Source: a virus. From it: a stretch of 64,000 nucleotides of DNA. The stretch's first letter is position 1, and each line of letters starts with the position of its first letter. Where the stretch lies: IMG/VR virus record IMGVR_UViG_3300025138_000016. One strand, 5' to 3'. A program made the translations under genes and the position numbers. The notes beneath the pieces were generated by a model. That model made no database searches. It worked only from the letters and a program-made list of their open reading frames with translations, and was not told the DNA's origin. Of this stretch, positions 20,237-26,655 are shown piece by piece.

Positions 20237-20571
20237 TAATAACTGATCTCCGGTGTTACGGTTAAAGTACCTTGCAGTACTCTAGTAACCTCATTAGAGG
20301 CATTAGATACTTCGACATCATAGTTCCATCTTCCTGGTGCTATGTTGCCTGTGATTGTATTATTTGCGGATAGAGTTAGAACTCCTCCTGTTGGATCTGA
20401 TGTGGTATCACACGACATAGTATGATAAACATTAGATGACCAATGTTTTCTTATCTTACTATTACCTGAATAACCAGTCAGATTAAAAGCTGTTCCATCG
20501 GAACCTGTAACAATTAGTGAAACACTAAAGTCAGAGCCTTTATCCATTACTAGATTTGCTTTAGTTGCCAT
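20236..20571 (-). CDS. Small beta-sandwich virion adaptor protein (111 aa)
   Basis: ANL.MDKGSDF..FNLTGYS...GRWNYDVEV..RVLQGTLTVTP pattern, typical of phage baseplate/fibre attachment domains. Confidence 0.6.
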   Translation of the reverse strand: MATKANLVMDKGSDFSVSLIVTGSDGTAFNLTGYSGNSKIRKHWSSNVYHTMSCDTTSDPTGGVLTLSANNTITGNIAPGRWNYDVEVSNASNEVTRVLQGTLTVTPEISY

Positions 20572-20615
20572 TCTCTACCTCTTTATAATATAGAGATATT
20601 TAGGCTTTCTCGAAA

Positions 20616-21434
20616 TTAGTTGTCTTCTAATTCATCGATTAAGTCTTCCCATATGTCCTGATGGTTAACTATTGTTGATAATGTAAACCTATTTGTACGA
20701 GCATGCGCAGCATGCCAGGAAGAATCTTCTGGATTATCCGACCATTTTACTATCGGATTATCCATACCTATTTTCTCTCTATGTATTTTTTCTGGTGCTG
20801 TTGATATAAATTGTCCTGCTCTACAGCTCCAACCCTTTGCGTCAGGGTATTCTAAAATCTCACCATTATCATAAGTAAAGAAGTCCCCTTCACCTATTTT
20901 GTTATAATGTAATAATATGTTATAACCTGGTGCATTTCCGTTATGATGCCAAGGTATAAATGTGCCAGGTGTATAAAAAGCACAAAGCGCCATTGCTCCA
21001 CCACCTAGAAAGTCAGCTGATATATCATATACAGCTTGTTTAAGTTTTGTACCTAAGAAGAACTTAGGATTGTTATAGAATGTTTGTCCAGCTAAGAATG
21101 TTTCCGCATTAGGAAATCCGCTAGTAACATGTGAGCCATTTTCTTTGCGCATTAAATTCATCTGATACTGAAGGTATTCCATACCACATGGATCCATCTG
21201 TCCATCTTTAATATCATCTCTTGTATGACTTGGTAGTATATCAAAGTGAGGAGATACTTTATACGCTTCTTTACCTTCTTTCCTTCTCTGCTCAGGGTTA
21301 CGATGATCAAAAGACAACTTATGTTCTCTATCTAAAAACTCTTTATCATCGAATACTTGATCAACAAGTCCAGATATATTATCTAATAGTTTAAGAAATT
21401 CTGGATTCTTAATCTTTACGTCACGCATTTTCAT
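20616..21434 (-). CDS. Cupin / 2OG-Fe(II) oxygenase-like protein (272 aa)
   Basis: FYTPGTFIPWHHN..PGYNILL and distal WHAA..NRFTLS, i.e. a double-stranded beta-helix pattern with HxN...H...R. The second ligand is non-canonical (Asn instead of Asp/Glu). Confidence 0.55.
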   Translation of the reverse strand: MKMRDVKIKNPEFLKLLDNISGLVDQVFDDKEFLDREHKLSFDHRNPEQRRKEGKEAYKVSPHFDILPSHTRDDIKDGQMDPCGMEYLQYQMNLMRKENGSHVTSGFPNAETFLAGQTFYNNPKFFLGTKLKQAVYDISADFLGGGAMALCAFYTPGTFIPWHHNGNAPGYNILLHYNKIGEGDFFTYDNGEILEYPDAKGWSCRAGQFISTAPEKIHREKIGMDNPIVKWSDNPEDSSWHAAHARTNRFTLSTIVNHQDIWEDLIDELEDN

Positions 21435-21440
21435 TATAAA

Positions 21441-22301
21441 TTATCCTTGCTCATGAGGAGCTCGTGCTTGTTCCTTTTCTTCTTGGGTTAACGTCTCCCA
21501 TTCATCTTCAGCATCCTTATAATCTTCTGGTAAAGCTTTATGCATTAATTGACGATCTAATGGATGATGTTTTATTACTGGTGTACAGCCTGCCTCTTCT
21601 TCAGCATTTAGGTACATATTCCAATTCCATTTAGCCTGACCGAACTCAACAGCTGATACTTTTATACCTGGTGCGTCGAATTTCATTATATACCATAATG
21701 TAAATTGGTCCCAGCTTTTATTACCTATCCAATATTCAGGATGCTCGTCCCACCATTTTACTGAACAGTTTATTTCTTTATATCGAGGCCACCAATTGTT
21801 AATAACATTATTAGCTGCTTCAGTATCATTCCATAAAAAGAATCCACCATGCCATATAAAGTTTCTTTCAGGGTCATCATCTCGTATACCAGCATTACCG
21901 TCTTCGGCATATATGGCTGTTGATGCTCCAACTCTTGTTGTTATCTTACAGAAAGCCATATCATGCTCATCATCAAGTAGCTTCCATACATCCTGTATTT
22001 CAGGATCAACAATTTCCATATCAGCATCAAGATAGCATGTCTTTTTAAATGGTGAGAATGGTAGACCCCATAGCTTTGTTCTTGTACTATGTGGCATACC
22101 TTGATCTTCAGTAATAATATCTACTACTTGATCGTACTCTCTAAACTCATCTGCCCATGTATTATGTGTTACAATTAATACTTTACAGTCAGGATAGTAC
22201 TCATCTAATGAGTCTAATAGAATAAGTGCGTTATTTTTATACCAGGGATGTAGCGTCGCTACTATAACAAAACCTTTATCGTATGTCTTATTGACTGACA
22301 T
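21441..22301 (-). CDS. Glycosyltransferase, GT-A fold (GT8-like)
   Basis: K.WGLPFSPFKKTCYLDAD (DxD), HGGFFLW, WDQFTLW, WNW and VIKHH motifs; ATG start at 22301 (GTG at 22310 is an alternative). Confidence 0.75.
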   Translation of the reverse strand: MSVNKTYDKGFVIVATLHPWYKNNALILLDSLDEYYPDCKVLIVTHNTWADEFREYDQVVDIITEDQGMPHSTRTKLWGLPFSPFKKTCYLDADMEIVDPEIQDVWKLLDDEHDMAFCKITTRVGASTAIYAEDGNAGIRDDDPERNFIWHGGFFLWNDTEAANNVINNWWPRYKEINCSVKWWDEHPEYWIGNKSWDQFTLWYIMKFDAPGIKVSAVEFGQAKWNWNMYLNAEEEAGCTPVIKHHPLDRQLMHKALPEDYKDAEDEWETLTQEEKEQARAPHEQG

Positions 22302-22704
22302 CGTAATCACTCACAACTGCTGATGCATATACGTTTAATGCTTCAAACGTTTCTGCTTTACGAAGTCTTCGTTTTAGTTTTTTATTAGTAGAGGCTTTTA
22401 TTTCTGGAAGTTCGTAAAGAGTTAATTTTGCTTGGAACAGTTGTTCTGCAAAAGCTCTCTTTTCGTTTTCCTGTTGTTCTTGCTCTTGAGTGTCGCGTTG
22501 GGTTCTGTACTCATCTATATCAGCTTGAGTTCTTGCATCGATCTCATCTAGAGTAGTTTCGCGTAAAGCAGCATCCCAATTTTCGGTATCTGCTCTGTCG
22601 ATTATCATCTCACGACTTCCGGTGTCAGTTATTTCCCGACACCTTAGTCTTGTCTTTGTTTCTGGATCTTCCCACAAGATTTTTTTAAATCTTTTATCTG
22701 CCAT
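22288..22704 (-). CDS. Hypothetical helical protein (138 aa), possible fibre chaperone
   Basis: Charged helical ORF with GAAGG SD; first gene downstream of the repeat-protein pair. Confidence 0.6.
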   Translation of the reverse strand: MADKRFKKILWEDPETKTRLRCREITDTGSREMIIDRADTENWDAALRETTLDEIDARTQADIDEYRTQRDTQEQEQQENEKRAFAEQLFQAKLTLYELPEIKASTNKKLKRRLRKAETFEALNVYASAVVSDYDVSQ

Positions 22705-22761
22705 AATAATTGTTCCTTCAAAGTCACTTGTATATCAAGTATTATATATTACATTGTATAT

Positions 22762-25700
22762 TTATGCAACTCTCAGCCATAGTTTAACTGTGCTTTCTAC
22801 ACTAGTACTAGCCATAATAGTATCACCTGAGAACTGTCCTGTAAACTGATTACTAAATGTACTTGTATACTGAGGACCTGGAGTCGATCTAGAATAGGTT
22901 CCATCTGAATAACTTGGTCCACCAGTAGCTCTAGCATAGCCTATTGCAAAGTTTGGTCCAACTACTAGTCTAGCATACTGACCATCTGTGTAACCTGGTC
23001 CAGGAGTAGTTCTAGCGTAGCCTACTGCATAGTTAGGTCCTGGTCTACTTCTAGTATATTGACCGTCTGAGTAGCTAGGTCCTGGTGTAGTTCTAGCATA
23101 GTTAGTTGTATACTGTGGTCCTGGTGTTACTCTAGTATAGTTACCATCTGAGTAGCTAGGTCCAGGAGTAGTTCTAGCAAAGTTAACTACGTAGTTAGGT
23201 CCTACAATTAATCTTGTATATTGACCATCTGAGTAGTTAGGTCCAGGTGTTGATCTAGCATAACCTACTGCATAGTTAGGACCTGGTCTGCTTCTTGTAT
23301 ACTGACCATCAGAGAATGTTACACCTGGTGTTGATCTTGTGTACTGTGCAGTAAATTGTCTTAAGAACGATCTACCATAACCAGCAGAGTAAACTCTTAC
23401 GAAGCCTCTAGCATATGCTCCTGTAAATTGTCTGTTGAATGCTCTTGAATAACCAGCTGAGAATTGTCTAGCAAATGCTCTTGAATACTGACCATAATAG
23501 GCTCTAGCAAACGCTCTACCATATCCTGCTGAATATACTCTAGTAAACTGTCTAGCATATTGACCAGCGTATTGCCTAGCAAATGCTCTTCCATATCCTG
23601 CTGAGTAGACTCTAGTAAATTGTCTAGCATATGCACCGTTATAAACTCTTCCGAATGATCTTCCATATCCTGCTGAGTAGACTCTAGTAAATTGTCTAGC
23701 ATATGCTGCTGAATATACTCTTCCGAACGATCTAGTATAACTAGCTGAATAAACTCTAGTAAATTGTCTAGCATATGCACCGTTATAAACTCTTCCGAAT
23801 GATCTATTATAATTAGCTGAGTAAACTCTACCAAACGATCTTCCATAAGCGCCAGCATATACTCTGCCATAGTTAACAGCATAAGCTGGCCCAGGCCTGC
23901 TTCTACCATAGTTTACAGCATAAGCTGGTCCAGGTCTTGATCTAGCATAGTTAACAGTATAGTTAGGTCCTGGTCTACTTCTTGCGTAGTTGCCGGTATA
24001 TACTCTACCATAGTTAACTGTATACTGTGCTGAATAAACTCTACCATAGTTTACTGTATAAGATCCGTAATAGATTCTTCCAAAGGATCTTCCATAAGAT
24101 ACACCATAATTTGGTCCAGGTCTTGATCTACCGTAGTTACCAGCATATAGTCTACCGTAGTTAACTGCATATGAACCTGAATAAGTTCTACCATAGTTAC
24201 CGTAATAAACTCTACCATAGTTAACAGCATAGTTTGGTCCATTATATTGAATGCCAGGTAAAGGTCCCCTAGCATATTGAGGTCCAAAGAAGTTAGAGCC
24301 ATCACCACCATTAATAGGTGAAGGTGATTGCCATGGATAGTTTCTTGAGAAAACTCCACCATAGTTAGTACTTGGAAAAGAGTTATTAAACTGTCTTGTA
24401 TAACTTACACCATAAGCTGGTCCAGGTCTTGCTCTGTTATAAGCCGGCCCGCCTCTTGATCTACCATATGATACGCCGTAGTTTGGTCCGCCTCTTGATC
24501 TAGCATAGCTACCGTAATAAACTCTACCGTAGTTAACAACATAGTTTGAAGTATAATTTGGTCCAGGTCTTGATCTACCGTATGCTACACCATAAGCTGG
24601 TCCAGGTCTTGACCTACCATAACTTACACCATAAGCTGGTCCTGGTCTACTTCTTCCGTAGTTACCTGCATATACTCTTCCGAAAGCTCTTCCGTATGCT
24701 GCTGAATATACTCTACCGTAGTTAGTTGCATATGCACCATAGTATACTCTACCATAGTTAACAGCATAAGCTGGCCCAGGTCTGCTTCTTGCGTAGTTAC
24801 CGTCTGAATAACCTGGTCCTGGTCTTGATCTAGCATAAGCTACATCATAGTTAGGACCTGGTCTACTTCTAGTATAGTTACCATCTGAGTAGTTAGGTCC
24901 AGGTGTTGATCTAGAATAGCCTACTGCATAGTTAGGTCCTGGTCTTGATCTGGCATAGTTACCATCACTATAGTTAGGTCCTGGTCTGCTTCTTGCGTAG
25001 TTAACAGTATAGCTTGGTCCTGGTCTACTTCTAGTATAGTTACCATCTGAGTAGTTAGGTCCAGGTGTTGATCTAGCATAGTTAACAGTATAGTTAGGTC
25101 CCGGTCTGCTTCTTGTATATTGGCCATCTGAGTAGTTAGGTCCAGGTGTTGATCTAGCATAGTTAACAGTATAACTTGGACCTGGTCTAGTTCTTGAATA
25201 CTGACCGTCTGAATAATTTGGTCCTGGTGTCGCTCTTGCATAACCTACTGTATAGTTAGGTCCTACAATTAGTCTAGAATAGTTACCATCTGAGTAATTA
25301 GGTCCAGGTGTTGATCTAGCGTAGTTAACAGTATAGTTAGGACCAGTAGTAGTTCTTGCATATTGACCATTAAATACTCTCTGGAATTGTCTTGCATATT
25401 GACCAGCATATTGTCTAGCAAACGCTCTAGTATATTGCGCTGAGAATACTCTAGTAAACTGTCTAGCATATTGACCGTTAAATTGTCTCTGGAATGATCT
25501 TCCGTATCCTGCTGAGAATGATCTAGCGAACTGTCTAGCATATTCACCAGAAAATGATCTAGCAAATGATCTTCCATACCCTGCTGTAAATGATCTAGCA
25601 AACTGCCTAGCATATTGACCAGCAAATTGTCTAGCAAATGCTCTTGAATAGTCTGCTGTAAATGATCTATTAAATGCTCTGGCGTATTGACCAGTAAACT

Positions 25701-26595
25701 GTCTAGTAAATGATCTTGTATAGTCAGCTGTAAATGCTCTAGCAAATTGTCTAGAATACTGTGCTGAATATACTCTGGTAAACTGTCTTGAGAAGTTACC
25801 AGTAAATTGTTGTGAGTACTGCTGAGATTGAACATCAGATAAACTATTTTCTATAGCATTTGATACCTGTAACCATGTTCCTGTTCCTGGGGCAGCAGTT
25901 TGTAGCTTATAAGTACCTACTCCAGTAGCTACTATTCTATTTCTTAATCTTTGTGTGAGAGTTTTAATCTCAGTATTATTCATCTCATTAACTGATGGTG
26001 TTGATGCATGTGCAGTTGCTTTCAAAGGTCTATATTCAGTTGGTGAAGTACCTGATGCAATCTTTCTCCATAGTTTATATGTAGTTGCTGCTGATTCACC
26101 AGTAGCTACTGTATCAGTAAAGGTGCCTTTATCCTGCCATGTACCACCAGATGGAGGAGATACTCCTAAAAAGTATTGCCCTGTTGCGTAACTAGATGTA
26201 TTTGCTATCTTTGCAATTAGGTGAGACATTACTGATGCATTTAAATCAGTGTCGTCTTGCTCTTCTATACCTTTGGATGCATCCCACTGAAGAGGTCTTA
26301 CAAGACCGCTCTCTGAATGTGAAGCAATATTTTGATAAAGTGTAGTAGTAACAGAGTTAGTAGCTCCAGTAGCTGGATGTGTTCCTACTGTTTCTGTTCT
26401 TCTCGTATCAACAAAAGTACCCACTGATGTACCTGTTGAAAAGCTTATATCACCTGTGCCTGTGCCTGTAGCGAAATCAGCCAGTATGATATCTGCCATG
26501 TAATCCATTTCGGCACTAGACATGCTCTGTAAGCCAGAGAAATTGGTTGTATTCGGTGTACCCGAACTAGTTTTAATTCTTAAAGGATTTGCCAA
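22762..26595 (-). CDS. Giant Tyr/Arg/Gly/Pro repeat protein with mirror-complementary repeat order (1277 aa); putative hairpin fibre
   Basis: TTG start with GGAG SD. A ~260-aa N-terminal base is followed by ~980 aa of A/B repeats centred on NGGDG, then C-terminal VKLWLRVA. Confidence 0.85.
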   Translation of the reverse strand: MANPLRIKTSSGTPNTTNFSGLQSMSSAEMDYMADIILADFATGTGTGDISFSTGTSVGTFVDTRRTETVGTHPATGATNSVTTTLYQNIASHSESGLVRPLQWDASKGIEEQDDTDLNASVMSHLIAKIANTSSYATGQYFLGVSPPSGGTWQDKGTFTDTVATGESAATTYKLWRKIASGTSPTEYRPLKATAHASTPSVNEMNNTEIKTLTQRLRNRIVATGVGTYKLQTAAPGTGTWLQVSNAIENSLSDVQSQQYSQQFTGNFSRQFTRVYSAQYSRQFARAFTADYTRSFTRQFTGQYARAFNRSFTADYSRAFARQFAGQYARQFARSFTAGYGRSFARSFSGEYARQFARSFSAGYGRSFQRQFNGQYARQFTRVFSAQYTRAFARQYAGQYARQFQRVFNGQYARTTTGPNYTVNYARSTPGPNYSDGNYSRLIVGPNYTVGYARATPGPNYSDGQYSRTRPGPSYTVNYARSTPGPNYSDGQYTRSRPGPNYTVNYARSTPGPNYSDGNYTRSRPGPSYTVNYARSRPGPNYSDGNYARSRPGPNYAVGYSRSTPGPNYSDGNYTRSRPGPNYDVAYARSRPGPGYSDGNYARSRPGPAYAVNYGRVYYGAYATNYGRVYSAAYGRAFGRVYAGNYGRSRPGPAYGVSYGRSRPGPAYGVAYGRSRPGPNYTSNYVVNYGRVYYGSYARSRGGPNYGVSYGRSRGGPAYNRARPGPAYGVSYTRQFNNSFPSTNYGGVFSRNYPWQSPSPINGGDGSNFFGPQYARGPLPGIQYNGPNYAVNYGRVYYGNYGRTYSGSYAVNYGRLYAGNYGRSRPGPNYGVSYGRSFGRIYYGSYTVNYGRVYSAQYTVNYGRVYTGNYARSRPGPNYTVNYARSRPGPAYAVNYGRSRPGPAYAVNYGRVYAGAYGRSFGRVYSANYNRSFGRVYNGAYARQFTRVYSASYTRSFGRVYSAAYARQFTRVYSAGYGRSFGRVYNGAYARQFTRVYSAGYGRAFARQYAGQYARQFTRVYSAGYGRAFARAYYGQYSRAFARQFSAGYSRAFNRQFTGAYARGFVRVYSAGYGRSFLRQFTAQYTRSTPGVTFSDGQYTRSRPGPNYAVGYARSTPGPNYSDGQYTRLIVGPNYVVNFARTTPGPSYSDGNYTRVTPGPQYTTNYARTTPGPSYSDGQYTRSRPGPNYAVGYARTTPGPGYTDGQYARLVVGPNFAIGYARATGGPSYSDGTYSRSTPGPQYTSTFSNQFTGQFSGDTIMASTSVESTVKLWLRVA
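22858..25794 (-). repeat. Coding tandem repeats: 36-nt A units (YxRxFxRxYxGx) and 39/42-nt B units (YxRSxPGPxYTVN / YxRSxPGPNYSDGN)
   Basis: Near-identical DNA units are visible, e.g. 72-nt periodicity around 23520-23820 and 81-nt periodicity around 24870-25330. Confidence 0.9.
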
Positions 26596-26655
26596 GGATC
26601 AATTCTCCCGAATGGACAGTATAACTGCAGTGTTATTGAAATTCTATGTGTTTAT

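Noticed and set aside
22858-25794. Possible CRISPR array or DNA-level inverted repeat
   Set aside because: The units are in-frame coding repeats with synonymous variation and no unique spacers. The reverse complement of A-unit DNA does not match B-unit DNA, so the symmetry is at protein level only.
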